The notes below the pieces were generated by a model, which saw only the letters and a program-made list of their open reading frames with translations, had not been told where the DNA came from and ran no database searches. From Eledone cirrhosa (lineage: Eukaryota): 64,000 bases of DNA. The stretch is from positions 29,884,001 through 29,948,000 of the forward strand of contig OZ024757.1 of NCBI GenBank assembly GCA_964016885.1, in the 5' to 3' direction. Each line of letters opens with the position of its first letter. Position 1 is the first letter of the stretch. Position numbers and translations under genes: made by a program. Below, in pieces: positions 49,035-63,619 of this stretch.

Positions 49035-51666
49035 TAGATAGAGAGAGAGAGAGAGAGAGGGGGGGAGAGAGCGAGAGAGAGAAAGAGAGAGATAGTAATG
49101 ATGTAGCTATATATTGGTATATATCATACATTTGTAAAACATTTTCTGGTGTAAAAAACTTTACGAAATAAAGGGTCTAATGCTAAAGGATCTATATATT
49201 TACCTACATACCTACTCACCCACCCACCTACCGACATAGACACATACCTACCTATCTAATTATCTATTGTCAGTTAGCTAACTTCTTTCGTACGTTGTTG
49301 TTGTTGTCAGCTAACTTCCTTCGTACATTATTGTTGTTAGCTAACTTCCTTCGTACGTAGTGGTTGTTGCTGTTAGCTAACTTCCTTCGTACGTAGTTGT
49401 TGTTGGCTAACTTCCTTCGTACCTAGTTGTTGCTGTTAGCTAACTTCCTTCGTACCTAGTTGTTGTTGTTGTTAGCTAACAACAATAATATACGAAGGAA
49501 ATTAGCTAACTCCTTCGTATATTATTGTTGTTAGCTAACTCCTTCGTACGTAGTGCTTGTTGCTGTTAGGTAACTTCCTTCGTACATAGTTGTTGTTAGC
49601 TAACTTCCTTCGTATGTTGTTGTTGTTTTTGACAGTTCGCTAACTTCCTTCGTAGTTGTTTTTGTTGTTGTTGTTGAAGTTAGCTAACTTCCTTCTTATA
49701 TTGTTGTTATTATTGTTGTTGTTAGCTGCCTTCCTTCGTATATTGTTGTTGTTGAAATTTCGCTAACTTCCTTCGTATGTTGTTGTTGTCGTTGTTAGCA
49801 AACTTCCTTCGTAGTTGTTGTTGTTGTTAGCTAACTTCCTACGTAGTTGTTGTTGTTGTTAGCTAACTTCCTTCGTAGTAGTTGTTGTTAGCTAACTTCC
49901 TTCGTAGTAGTTGTTGTTAGCTAACTTTCTTCGTAGTTGTTGTTGATAGCTATAAATTTCTTCGTATGCTGCATATTCATGGAATATCTTCTTCCTCTTC
50001 ATTCCCCTTTTCAGAAATATTTCTGAAGACAGCATATATATGTGTAGGTATGTATATTCCCTCTGATAATTTGTAAAATGTTTACATAGATCTATATGAT
50101 ATACATACCAACACATATATATCCTAGAAACGATCGTAAAATGATGAATGTTTTAATATAAGGAACTGTTTCTTTGTTTTTTATTCATTGTTTTTATTAA
50201 TTTATCTTGACTCTGTTTTCCTGTGATTTTCATCGAAAAAAATGTTTGAATACATCTTCTCTTTTCATGATATTTGGATTACATTGAGTTCTTCATACGG
50301 ATTGGACACTACCGTATAATTTGGTAGATTTATCTATCTATCTATCTAGAGAGAGAGAGAGAGAGAGAGAAATGATGTAGCTATATATTGGTATATATCA
50401 TACAATTCTGGTGTAAACAAATTTACGAAATAAAGGGTCTAATGCTAAAGGATCTATATATTTACCTACACACCTACCTACCTACTCACCCACCTACCTA
50501 CATACACACATACCTACCTATCTAATTATCTATTGTCAGTTAGCTAACTTCTTTCGCACGTTGTTGTTGTTAGCTAACTTCCTTCGTACATTGTTAGCTA
50601 ACTTCCTTCGTACGTTGTTAGCTAACTTCCTTCGTACGTTGTTGTTGCTAGCTAACTTCTTTCGTAAGTTGTTGTTGTTGCTAGCTAACTTCCTTCGTAC
50701 GTTGTTGTTATTAGCTAACTCCTTCGTACGTAGTGGTTGTTGCTGTTAGCTAACTTCCTTCGTACGTAGGTGTTGTTGTTGTTAGCTAACTTCCTTCGTA
50801 TATTGTTGTTGTTGTTTTTGACAGTTCGCTAACGTCATCCGTAGTTGTTTTTGGTGTTGTTGTTGTTGCCAGTTAGCTAATTTCCTTCGTATATTATTGT
50901 TGTTGTTATTGTTGTCAGCTGCCTTCCTTCGTATATCGTTGTGGTTGACATTTCGCTAACTTCCTTCGTATGTTGTTGTTGTTAGCAAACTTCCTTCGTA
51001 CGTAGGTGTTGTTGTTGTTGTTAGCTAACTTCGTAGTAGTAGTTGTTGTTAGCTAACTTCGTAGTAGTAGTTGTTGTTAGCTAACTTCCTTCTTATATTG
51101 TTGCTGTTATTGTTGTTAGCTGCCTTCCTTCGTATATTGTTGTTGAAATTTCGCTAACTTCCTTCGTATGTTGTTGTTGTTAGCAAACTTCCTTCGTAGT
51201 TGTTGTTGTTAGCTAACTTCCTTCGTAGTAGTTGTTGTTGTTAGCTAACATTCTTCGTAGTTGTTGTTGTTGTTGATAGCTATAAATTTCTTCGTATGCT
51301 GTATATTCATGGAATATCTTCTCCTTCCTCTTCATTTTCCTTTTCAGAAATATTTCTGAAGACAGCATATATATGTGTAGGTATGTATATTCCCTCTGAT
51401 TGTTTGTAAGATGTTTACATAGATCTATATGATATACATACCAACACACATATATATCCTAGAAACGATCGTAAAATGATGAATGTTTTAATATAAGGAA
51501 CTGTTTCTTTGTTTTTTATTCATTGTTTTTATTAATTTATCTTGACTCTGTTTTCCTGTGATTTTCATCTGAAAAATTGTTTGAATACATCTCTTTTCAT
51601 GATATTTGGATTACATTGAGTTCTTCATACGGATTGGACACTACCGTATATTTTGGTAGATTTATC

Positions 51667-51735
<69 letters not shown>

Positions 51736-52839
51736 ATGATGTAGCTACATATTGGTATATATCAGACATTTGTAAAACATTTTCTGGTGTAAAAAACTTT
51801 ACGAAATAAAGGGTCTAACGCTAAATGATCGATATATTTACCTACATACCTACCTACTCACCCACCCACCTACCTAGCTACATACACACATACCTACCTA
51901 CCTAATTATCTATTGTCAGTTAGCTAACTTCTTTTGTACGTTGTTGTTGTTAGCAAAATTCCTTCGTACCTAGTGGTTGTTGCTAGCTAACTTCCTTCGT
52001 ACGTTGTTGTTATTAGCTAACTCCGTACGTAGTGGTTGTTGCTGTTAGCTAACTTCCTTCGTACGTAGGTGTTGTTGTTGTTGTTGTTAGCTAACTTCCT
52101 TCGTATATTGTTGTTGCTGTTTTTGACAGTTCGCTAACGTCCTCCGTAGATGATTTTGGTGTTGTTGTTGTTGCCAGTTAGCTAACTTCCTTCGTATATT
52201 ATTGTTGTTGTTGTTATTGTTGTCAGCTGCCTTCCTTCGTATATTGCTGTGGTTGACATTTCGCTAACTTCCTTCGTATGTTGTTGTTGTCGTTAGCAAA
52301 CTACCTTCGTAATTGTTGTTGTTGTTAGCTAACTTCGTAGTAGTAGTTGTTGTTAGCTAACTTCCTTCGTAGTTGTTATTGTTAGCTAACTTCCTTCGCA
52401 GTTGTTGTTAGCTAACATTCTTCGTAGTTGCTGTTGTTGTTGATGATTAGCTATAAATTTCTTCGTATGCTGTATATTCATGGAATATCTTCTTCCTCTT
52501 CATTCTCCTTTTCAGAAATATTTCTGAAGACAGCATATACATGTGTGGGTATGTATATTCCCTCTGATAGTTTGTAAAATGTTTACATAGATCTATATGA
52601 TATACATACCAACACACATATATATATCCTAGAAACGATCATAAAATGATGAATGTTTTAATATAAGGAACTGTTTCTTTGTTTTTATTCATTGTTTTTA
52701 TTAATTTATCTTGACTCTGTTTTCCTGTGATTTTCATCGAAAGAAATGTTTAAATACATCTCTTTTCATGATATTTGGATTACATTGAGTTCTTCATACG
52801 GATTGGACACTACCGTATATTTTAGTAATTTTATCTATC

Positions 52840-52909
<70 letters not shown>

Positions 52910-53810
52910 GGCGAAAGAGAGAAAGAGAGATAGTAATGATGTAGCTATATATTGGTATATATTATACATTTGTAAAACATTTTCTAGTGTAAAAAATTTA
53001 CGAAATAAAGAGTCTAATGCTAAAGGATCTATATATTTACCTACATACCTACTCACCCACCCACCTACTTACCTACATACACATATACCTACCTACATAC
53101 ACATATACCTACCTATCTAATTATCTATTGTTAGTTAGCTAACTTCTTTCGTACGTTGTTGTCGTTAGCTAACTTCCTTCGTACATTGTTGTTGTTAGCT
53201 AACTTCCTTCGTACATTGTTGTTGTTGTTAGCTAACTGCCTTCGTACATTCTTGTTGGCTAACTCCTTCGTACGTAATGGTTGTTGCTAGCTAACTTCCT
53301 TCGTACGTTGTTGTTGTTAGCTAACTCCGTACATAGTGCTTATTGCTGTTAGCTAACTTCCATCTTACGTAGTTGCTGTTGTTGTTGTTAGCTAACTTCC
53401 TTCGTATATTGTTGTTGTTGACAGTTCGCTAATTTCCTTCGTAGTTGTTTTTGTTGTTGAGAGTTAGCTAACTTCCTTCGTATATTGTTGTTGTTATTGT
53501 TGTCAGCTGCCTTCCTTCGTATATCGTTGTTGTTGACATTTCGCTAACTTCTTTCGTATGTTGTTGTTGTTAGCAAACTTCCCTCGTAGTTGTTGTTAGC
53601 TAACAACAACTACTACGAAGGAAGTTAGCTAACAACAACTACTACGAAGGAAGTTAGCTAACTTCCTTCGTAGTTGTTATTGTTAGCTTACTTCCTTCGT
53701 AGTTGTTGTTGTTAGCTAACATTCTTCGTAGTTGTTGTTGATAGCTATAAATTTCTTCGTATGCTGTATATTCATGGAATATCTTCTTCTACCTCTTCAT
53801 TCTCCTTTTC
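48951..53810. repeat. Higher-order tandem repeat: units start at 48951, 50314, 51646 and 52815 (last partial), each with an internal GTTAGCTAAC-TTCCTTCGTA-(GTT)n minisatellite
   Basis: Shared unique blocks (e.g. cttcatacggattggacactaccgta) recur at 1363/1332/1169 bp spacing. Confidence 0.95.
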
Positions 53811-53940
53811 GCCTCCATTTCTTCTTGTCCCCTTCCTACTGAAATATATAAATAACAGACATATTTGAACTGCTATGAAGTATTTCCGTAGGAAGGGTAA
53901 AGGAAAGGAGAGTGCTCTATGTATACTACAGAGCTATTTA

Positions 53941-53996
<56 letters not shown>

Positions 53997-54297
53997 TAAA
54001 ATAACAGATTAAAGTTTAAGCAAAGAATTGCTGCTCTAATTTACTAGTTAGGATTGTTGCGAGAAATTTATCACTTCTGATTATTACATATATATGCATA
54101 TTTATATACATAACGGGATTTCTGAATCTCAGGAGATCCCGTTAAGGTTGAAAGCAGCGATTCTTTGCTTAAACTTTAATCTGTTATTTTAATAAATAAT
54201 TGCTCTATGGTTCTAATATATTTCATATATATTTATCCTTATCGAGCCCTCTTTGGATTTTAGTTTTCACATTTATTATTGTTGTTGTTGTTGTTTT

Positions 54298-54498
54298 TAT
54301 TGTTCTTTGAGTCTGAGTCATTGATGTTATTTAACTGGAAAGTTTGTTGAAATGAATATCAAGCCATTACCTGCAGCCTCAGATATTCAGGGCGTATCAG
54401 AGGGTTCTTGCTGTTCCCAGCAAGCATGCCTTTTGAAGTGTTCCAAAAAGCGGGGCGCGAGCAATTTTCTTTAACCATCCTTGGAAACTCTTTGAGTA
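54298..54498 (-). mobile_element. R4/Dong-like LINE 3' fragment
   Basis: rc translates SKSFQGWLKKIARAPLFGTLQKACLLGTARTL*YALNI*; (AAC/AAT)n tail. Confidence 0.7.
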
Positions 54499-54759
54499 TT
54501 ATTATTATTATTATTATTATTGGCGACCTACGTAGTAAATCGTATTATCGTGAGCTCTGCAAAGGTTTGTTATTTTCAGTTGTTTAAAATTGCCATCATT
54601 GGAAAATTTTTATTGTTAACTGTATATAAGTGCACACACATTGTTTTCTGAAAAGGACACTCAAAAAGATTGGGGCCGTGAGCCCAAAATTTAAACTTTT
54701 ATAATTATCAAACAAAAAAAAATTTCTTTGAAAAATCATGGCCGACTCACCGCCTTCCT

Positions 54760-57574
54760 TTAGATAGAGTATTTTGTAGGGAAATAGATAGGTCTAGCAT
54801 AGGCTGTCCACAATTCAAGATAGTCAGCTACACGGACCACAAATTCGTGATCTGTGTGCTTGACTTAGATAGGCTTCATAGACGAGGACCCGGCTACTGG
54901 AAGCTAAACGCGTCTTTACCAGCGCGCAAGGCCTACAGAGACCGGATTAGCGAACTAGTTAAGCGGGCGTTGACGGGGGCCATCGTCAACAACAAGAGGT
55001 GGTTTTCTCTGAAAAGAGCGATTAGAATAGAGTCCATTAGGTTAAGTAAGGCTTTAGCAATAGAGAAAAATAGAGCAGAGGGAGAACTAGTTAGAAAATT
55101 AGACGAGGCGCTTAGCAAAGGCATCGCGACCGACGTACTTGCGGCAAAATTGGCCCTTGACCATTTCTTCAATGCAAAGCACGAAGACTGCGTTGTCAGA
55201 GCTAGGGTGCGTGCTCTCAGACACGAGGGGACGAAAGCCGTTCAATGGGCCCGAGTGGCGGAGGCGCGTCGTGGTAACAAAGCCACGATCCGGTCTTTGG
55301 TGGACCATGACGGGCGCTTGCTACTCGATCCCGGGCAAATGTGTGAAGCTTTCCAGCGACACTTCGCCCAGTTGTTCGGGGGCAGCGGCGGGCCGGATCG
55401 AGGCATGGACTTTAGTGTCTACCTCGACGGACTGCCGCGGCTCTCGGCCACTGAGGCGGAGTGTTGCGAAAAGCCGATAACAGCCGCTGAAGTACGGGAG
55501 GAAATGACTGGTTTGGATGGTCTGGTTTGAATGACTGGTAAATCGCCTGGTTTGGATGGTCTGCCCTATGAACTTTACGTACAGATGCCAGACATTTTCG
55601 GAGGCCCTTGGCGGACGTCTACTGCAACTGGCAACAGAACGGGAGAATTCCCAGCTCTGTGAGCCGAGGATCTGTGGCGCTGCTGAGAAAGGATCCGAAC
55701 AAGGGGGATAACATAGATAATTTCAGGCCCATAACTCTGCTAAACACAGAGTTCAAGATTTTGGCCAAGGTGCTAGCAAAGAGGTTGGCGCTTGTCGTTG
55801 GTGGTCTGGCGTGAGAGGCGCCATTCCCGACAGATCCACCTCATGCGATACATCGTAGAGAGGGTAGCTAGGGAACCTGGCACGGGTGGGTCCTTGATCA
55901 ATTTAGATCAGTCGAAAGGTTTCGATAGGGTCGACCCTCGTTACCTAGCGGCAGTCCTGAGGGCGGCTGGCTTTGGGCCCGTCTTCAGAGGCTGGATCGC
56001 TGCCATGCACAGTGACATCTGCTCTGTGGTGAGAGTGAACGGTCATCTTTCGGAACCGTTCAACATCATGCGCTCTGTCCGCCAAGGATGTCCCCTCTCG
56101 TCCCTCTTGTATGTATTGACTCTCGAGCCATTACTGCACAAACTGGAGACGTTGAGGAGGATCCTGCGCGAACTAGGATGCGGAAGATCCGTGTCAGCAT
56201 ATACGGACGATGTCACCGTAGTGATGTCGAACGCCAAACACATCGAAGCGATCGGCACTACACTAAGAGAATACGAAGCAGTGATAGAAGCAATGATCAA
56301 CCAGGAAAAGTCAGTGGGTCTGCAGCTCGGCACCTGGAGAGGCAGTTCCATGGCGTCCAACAGCGTCGTCGGGCGCTGGACGGACGGACCGGTTAAATTG
56401 CTAGGGGTCTGGTTCGGTCCGGACCTCCAGACGGACAAAAACTGGGACGAGGTGACGAGCAGGGTGGCTTCTCTCACCCAGAAATGGGCGGAGAGGAAGC
56501 TATCCCTAAAAGGTCAAGCTATGCCTAAAGGTGGCTAACGCGTACATCGCGTCCGTCATCTACTACCGCCTGACCGTCGTACCTTGTCCTAAGCCCCGCC
56601 TGACTGCGCTGGAGTGTTTGCTCTTTCGCTTTTTGTGGAAGGGACGCGCTCCGATGGTCAGACGGTCCATCTGCTGTCAACACTCGCTACGTGGAGGGCT
56701 GGGCATGCCGTGGCTGGTGATGCGCAGACACGCGCTCAGGCTACGACATCTCCACCTCTTCCTCGACGGTGATCAGGCGTGGTCGCCGTTTGCTAGACAC
56801 GTCTTTTCCCAGCTCGTCTCCTTGACGGAGCTGCAGTCCTGGGTCAAGCGAAGACCGAGAGGGAGCGCTTGGAGACTGGAATGTCTTCAGGCGCTCACAG
56901 CCCTCGACTAATCGGGCAATGTGATCGGTGGAAACTCCACCTTGGCGTTCTATAGAGGATTAGTGTAAGGGAAGAGCGACGACGTACTTGGAGAAACTCT
57001 AGGCGTCGACGAAAATCAACTAGCCAATCTCTTCGGAAGAACTTTCGGGCCGGGGCCTATGGACAACTTCCAGAAATTCCTGGCCTGGCAGTGCTACGGA
57101 GGAGGTTTTCCAGTTCGGGATAAACTCTACAGGCACGGAGGTGCCGTCAGCCGGGCATGTCCGAGATGCGCGCAGGGCGACGAAACCGTCCTGCACGCAC
57201 TCGTCCAGTGTCCGAGCATTGCTGACTTGTGGGTTTATGTCGAACACCTGCTGTCACGTGTAGGACGAATCCGGCTATCAGCTGAGTCCATTGTGAGGAT
57301 TGCCCCGCCCCCTTCCTTTAGCCGGGAAGGGCAGGCAGTTTTTATCTGTCTGGTGGCCATGGCGAAAGAGATAGTATGGTGGACACATTTGAAAGGGCTG
57401 AAGACGAGCACTTACCTCTTCGGTGATGCTCTGATTGACTTTTTCAAATTTCATTTGAAAAGGAAAATCAGAGTAGAGAGGGAAGTGCTCTCTTCCCAGC
57501 ATTTTGTTGAAAGATGGGTGAGAGAAGCAAGAATGGCCCGAGTGAATGGGCCTACTCTGAGTATATATCTGTAA
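54760..57574 (+). pseudogene. Disabled Tx1/L1-clade ORF2 (APE end, RT, zf-RVT)
   Basis: LDRVF..TDH, GPGYWKLNASL, SPGLDGLP, FRPITLLNTEFKILAK, DQSKGFDRV, RQGCPLS, YTDD, CPRC..ETVLHAL..C; several frameshifts and stops. Confidence 0.92.
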
Positions 57575-57878
57575 ATTAAAGGTGGAAAACTGGGAGAGGG
57601 CACTTGCCTTGGTGGTCAGGGTCATTGTGGCTTTTTACTGGGCTTTCTCCACAAATGTCCCTCCGAAGTCTGCCCCCTATTGGGGAATTTTTCATTGTTA
57701 TTTTTTGTTACATCCTCTGTTTTTGTTTTTTACACGCAGAAATGCCCATTTGTACCGTCCTGCATTGTCCTGCACTGTCCTTAATGTCTACTTTATGTAA
57801 ACCCTTGTGGTTAATAAAGAAATCATTATTATTACTATTGTTATTAGTATTATTATTATTATTACTACTATTATTATA
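54760..57878 (+). mobile_element. 5'-truncated Tx1-like LINE with 3'UTR and (ATT)n tail
   Basis: GC-rich island; AATAAAGAAAT at ~57813-57823, then (ATT)n. Confidence 0.9.
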
Positions 57879-57969
57879 TAGCGTTCCATGTTCCTGCTAG
57901 AGTGGTCTATATTTGAGATTACTTCATTATTAAACAGAATTATTGAACAGAATTATTGAACAGAATGAC

Positions 57970-58155
57970 TGGATTGACAGTCTCGGTAGAGGGTCGAACG
58001 CCATGCTTTGCAGCATAGTTACATCCCTTTTCGGACTGAGTTCAAATCTCGTCGAGGTTAACTTTGCCTGTTCATCCTTACGGGGTCAATAAAATAAAGT
58101 ACCAGTAATGTACTGGAATAGTTGCTGGCCTTGTGCCAAAACTAGAAACAATTAT
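57970..58155 (+). mobile_element. SINE
   Basis: Consensus match. Confidence 0.85.
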
Positions 58156-58504
58156 TAAACAGAATACGGAAAGCAATAATTATAAAAGAAAACAATATTC
58201 ACTGAAGAGAAACAGCGGCCAGAAGTCGGTTTAATGATATGTGTCTCGCTTTCTCTCTCTTCCTCCCTTTCTTTCTCTCTCTCTATTTCTATCCCTTTCT
58301 CTCTCCGTGTCTCTTTTTCTTGTCCCTCTCTATTATTATTCATCACTAAATTCTGAAGTGAAAATTTATAAGTATATATATACATATATATATGTATGTA
58401 TATATATATGTGTGTATATGTATGCATATATATATATATGTATGCATATATATATGTATATATATACATATATATGCATATGTATATATACATACATATA
58501 TGTA

Positions 58505-58535
<31 letters not shown>

Positions 58536-58536
58536 G

Positions 58537-58586
<50 letters not shown>

Positions 58587-58649
58587 TACATATGTATATA
58601 TATATATATACATATATACATATGTATATATATATATATACATATATAC

Positions 58650-58694
<45 letters not shown>

Positions 58695-58697
58695 TAC

Positions 58698-58734
<37 letters not shown>

Positions 58735-58807
58735 TGCATATACATATATATATATATGCATATACATACATATATATATGCATAGATATACAAACCTTAT
58801 CACACGC

Positions 58808-58838
<31 letters not shown>

Positions 58839-59819
58839 TATACACATATATATACACATGTATACACACGTATATATATGTATATATATAGAGAGAGACA
58901 CATTTATAAACACACACACATATATATATATATCGATTTTCTTAAAGGAATTGCAACGGAAGACATGTTATAAGCCATATGGCAGCAATCATTGTCTTAA
59001 CCGAACGATGCAAAGTGAATTCTATACATTTCATAATGTCCAATAGCGTGGCAACGTCGCAAAGTACCATTCTCCACTATTCATCTAGATTGGGATTATA
59101 GTTTTATTATAGCTTTTATCAAAATTGGAAGCGAAACTTTCATATGAAGAGCATTATAAGTAATATCATTTCTGTAATTAATTGCTTTCAGACGAAAAGC
59201 ATATATTAATTCGGGTAACCTTTTAACTCAACACTTGTTTTCATCTCTAGAATGTATGTCTATCATGACAGTTTTGGCGCATGAGTCATTAAGGTGGGTG
59301 TCGTTTCCTTGACTCGTATGCTTCGACACCGTTCTAAGAGCATTGAATAACCAGCTACTTATTTCTTTAATATGACTTAGCAATGCCACATTCGTTTATG
59401 GACGGGGCTTAACGTCTTCTTGGATAATAGACTATAACAATGCAAGAGGTTGTCTTTAGTACAAGTCTAATATATAATTCTTCTCCTAAGAGTTGATAAA
59501 GATATTAATGTGGTAGGAAGTGTGGTGTGGTAGAAGGAGAAAGCAGTTAAACTGGACACTGTAAGCTAATTATTTAATCATATCGAGGTTATTGTTTTTC
59601 AGTGAGTATCCGGCTTTCTTTGGACAGCACTATAGAAACACGTTTTCCTTTCTTTATCCATTAAATGTATGTGTGTGTGAGTGTGTACGTGTGAGTGTGC
59701 GTGTGTGCACGTGTGAGTGTGCGTGTATACGCATATACATATATACTCACATGTACACACATATATATGTATATATACATACATATATACATATATATAT
59801 ATGTATATATACATATATA

Positions 59820-59909
<90 letters not shown>

Positions 59910-60303
59910 TATATAGATATGTATATATAGATATGTATATACAAATATACATATATATATATGTATATATACATATAGATATGTATATACATATATACAT
60001 GTATATATATGTATATATACATATATACATGTATATATATGTATATATACATATATATATGTATATACATATATATATGTATATACATATATACATATAT
60101 ACATGTATATATATGTATATATACATATATATATACATATATACATGTATATATATGTATATATACATATATATATGTATATACATATATACATGTATAT
60201 ATATGTATATGTACATATATACATATATATATATATGTATATATACATATATATATATATACACACATGTACGTATATATGTGTGTATATATATATATAT
60301 ACA

Positions 60304-60337
<34 letters not shown>

Positions 60338-60414
60338 CATATATATGTTTATCTACATATGTATATATATCTACATATGTATATATATATATATATATAT
60401 ACATATATATATAC

Positions 60415-60446
<32 letters not shown>

Positions 60447-60791
60447 ACATACATATTTATATATATATATACATACATATTTATATATATACATACATAC
60501 ATATTTATATATATACATACATACATATTTATATATATACATACATATTTATATATATACATACATACATACATGCATATATGTACGCATACATACATAC
60601 CTACATACATCATAGATACATACATGGTCACTCGCTCGACCTGCTAAATATAGTACTCCAATCATTACACACCAATTACACCCCCAGCGTCTGAAATATA
60701 CGATGCTAACCAACTAACGCAGTGTTTATCCTGATCTCACAACTTTGTGTCCAAGATCTATACTGGCTAATAATATCTTGTCCTAAATACA

Positions 60792-61404
60792 TTATTATAG
60801 CATTATATACGGTGGATTGGCAGTATCGGTAGAGGGTCGGACGCCATGCTTTGACGCATAGAGTTACGGCCCTTGCCGTTCTGAGTTCAAATCCAGCCGA
60901 GGTTAACTTTGCCTTTCATCCTTACGGGGTCGATAAAATGAAGTACCAGTAATACACTGGGTAATTTGCTGGCCTGGTGCCTAAAGTAGAAACAATTATT
61001 ATAGCATTATATACGGTGGATTGGCAGTATCGGTAGAGTCGGGCGCCATGCTTTGACGCATAGAGTTACGGCCCTTGCCGTTCTGACTTCAAATCCAGCC
61101 GAGGTTAACTTTGCCTTTCATCCTTACGGGGTCGATAAAATGAAGTACCAGTAATACACTGGGTAATTTGCTGGCCTGGTGCCTAAAGTAGAAACAATTA
61201 TTTTAGCATTATATACGGTGGATTGGCAGTATCGGTAGAGAGTCGGGCGCCATGCTTTGACGCATAGAGTTACGGCCCTTGCCGTTCTGACTTCAAATCC
61301 AGCCGAGGTTAACTTTGCCTTTCATCCTTACGGGGTCGATAAAATGAAGTGCCAGTAATACACTGGATTAATTGCTGGCCTTGTGCCAAAAGTAGAAACA
61401 ATTA
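60792..61404 (+). mobile_element. Three head-to-tail SINEs (~203 bp units)
   Basis: Each is preceded by agcattatatac. Confidence 0.9.
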
Positions 61405-62014
61405 TCATCATCACCATCTCTGTTCTCCTTTTCATCTTCGTTATCATCACCGTCTTACATGTCCTCATCACAGTCATTACCATCATCTCTATCACCATCA
61501 TTATCATCATCATCATTCTCCTAATGATGATCATCATCATCATCACCATCCCTGTTCTCCTCTCTCTCCAGGTTATCATCACAATTATCTTCATTTTTAT
61601 CATCACCTTTTTCTTCATCTACTCATCATCATCACCATCATCACCATCTCTTCTTGTCACCCTTCCCTTTTTTCTTCTTGTCACCCTTCCCTTTTTTCTT
61701 CTTCCCCCTCCAACTCATTAGCCTTTTCAATGCCTATTATTATCACCTACTTATCATCATCCTTCCTTGTTATCCTTTCCTCTTTTTCTTCTTCCTCCAA
61801 CGTTTCATTAGCCTCATCAATGCCATCATCATCACCATCAACAGTATCACCATCTCCTCCTCCTCTTACATCAATGTCCACACTTTTCCCTTCACTACGG
61901 ATGTTATTTTAATTAACTAAACTTTCAATACTATTATTAAGTGGTAAGTTATCGCCCACATCATTTATTACTTGCATATAATATATATAGACAGACAAAC
62001 AGAGAGATACATGC

Positions 62015-62066
<52 letters not shown>

Positions 62067-62077
62067 GCATATATACA

Positions 62078-62400
62078 TATCTATCTATCTATCTAAGGCG
62101 GGTAAAATTCCCGAGATCCATGGACGAGTTCTCTCCAGCGGTCTCTGTCCCTCATTATCGCTGCCATGTCCTGCGTCTCCAATAGACCAGTGTCTGTCCT
62201 TAGGGCATCAACATACGTTAACCTTGGTCTTCCTCTTCCAGTTTGTCCATGTAGGGGCTCCCACAGGAGCACTGAGTGCAATGTCAACTCTGGATGTCGG
62301 TGAGCATGTCCAGCTAACCTCAGTCTCCTCTGTGTCACTTTTGAGCTGACTTTTGGGAGGCTCCCATACAGCTCTGAGTTTGTCATCCTCAGTGTATACT
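62078..62400 (-). mobile_element. RTE-clade LINE 3' end
   Basis: TNSELYGSLPKVSSKVTQRRLRLAGHAHRHPE...[11 protein letters not shown]; stop codon runs into a (TAGA)n tail. Confidence 0.85.
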
Positions 62401-62471
62401 GATTACATATATATACATAGATATATATATACATATACATATACATATATACATATATATAAAGAGAGAGA

Positions 62472-62535
<64 letters not shown>

Positions 62536-63253
62536 AGCATTCGAACAGAACACAACACAACCACACAACAATACAACACCAATCAAACAAACAAACAAAA
62601 CATCATCGATGAAGAGAAATTTCCACTTAAGAAGTTATTTATAGGAATAACTTTACAGTAGCTGCAACAGAGAAAACGCTACTGTCTGTCTTTGACTAAA
62701 ACAAGTAGTTTATTTACAAACTCTCTCCTCGTTATATTTCCTTACTTTCCACACCTCATTGAGAAGGGAAAAAAAAACAGAATATTTTTTTAAATCAGTT
62801 GTTCCGATACAATAGTTTATCCATTCACATTGTTTAACTGTAATTACATACCTGTTTTTATTTATATTATGTTTCCTCGTTTGTTTGTTTCTCGTTTTCT
62901 TTGCTTGTTTTATGTTTTTATTTGTATTGTTTAGTTATTTCCGACAGTCATTCAGAAATGAGACAGCATTGCATTCAAATAACTCCATTGTATATTCGTG
63001 TCTAATTTCTTAAGCGTTTTTGTTTATACAGCTGTATATTTGTGTATTCAATATGGCTGCCGCATTCAACTTGTCTAAGAGCCTTGCCGATATGATTGCT
63101 ATTCCATGTTTTCTGTCATATTGTTTGTGCGTTTATTTGTGTGTGTGTTTTTCTACATTCTATAATGTACTATGATACCATATTACATCTCTGTATCTAC
63201 TTATATCTATATCTATATATATATATATATATATATATGATTATATATATATG

Positions 63254-63550
63254 TCGTTTCAGAATTTGTTTAGCAAAATTCTTTATCTGAAAACGTGTGT
63301 TAAAACCGATATTGTTATACTTTGGGAGGGTCATGTTGCCAATAAGAAACACACGCACCAGTTGCTTTCACTCCAATTTATTATAAATTAAATTTATAAA
63401 TTTAACAATTTATAGATTTCCGGTTGGTTGCTTGGTTCCACAACCGGATGGTTGTTCATATATTGTCAAAGTTCTTTCGTCACACATTCAGTGACTGGGG
63501 ATTCTTTTCTTTGTTTTATGCCTCTCCTTTGTTCTGTCCTACGCCATCGT
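63254..63550 (-). mobile_element. Family A copy with hammerhead partly deleted
   Basis: ~12 nt of core/stem II missing near 63488. Confidence 0.8.
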
Positions 63551-63578
63551 GTTATATGATTATATATATATATACGAT

Positions 63579-63619
<41 letters not shown>

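Noticed and set aside
49270-53740. CRISPR-like repeat-spacer look
   Set aside because: Spacers are short (GTT)n, not unique; eukaryotic context and no cas genes
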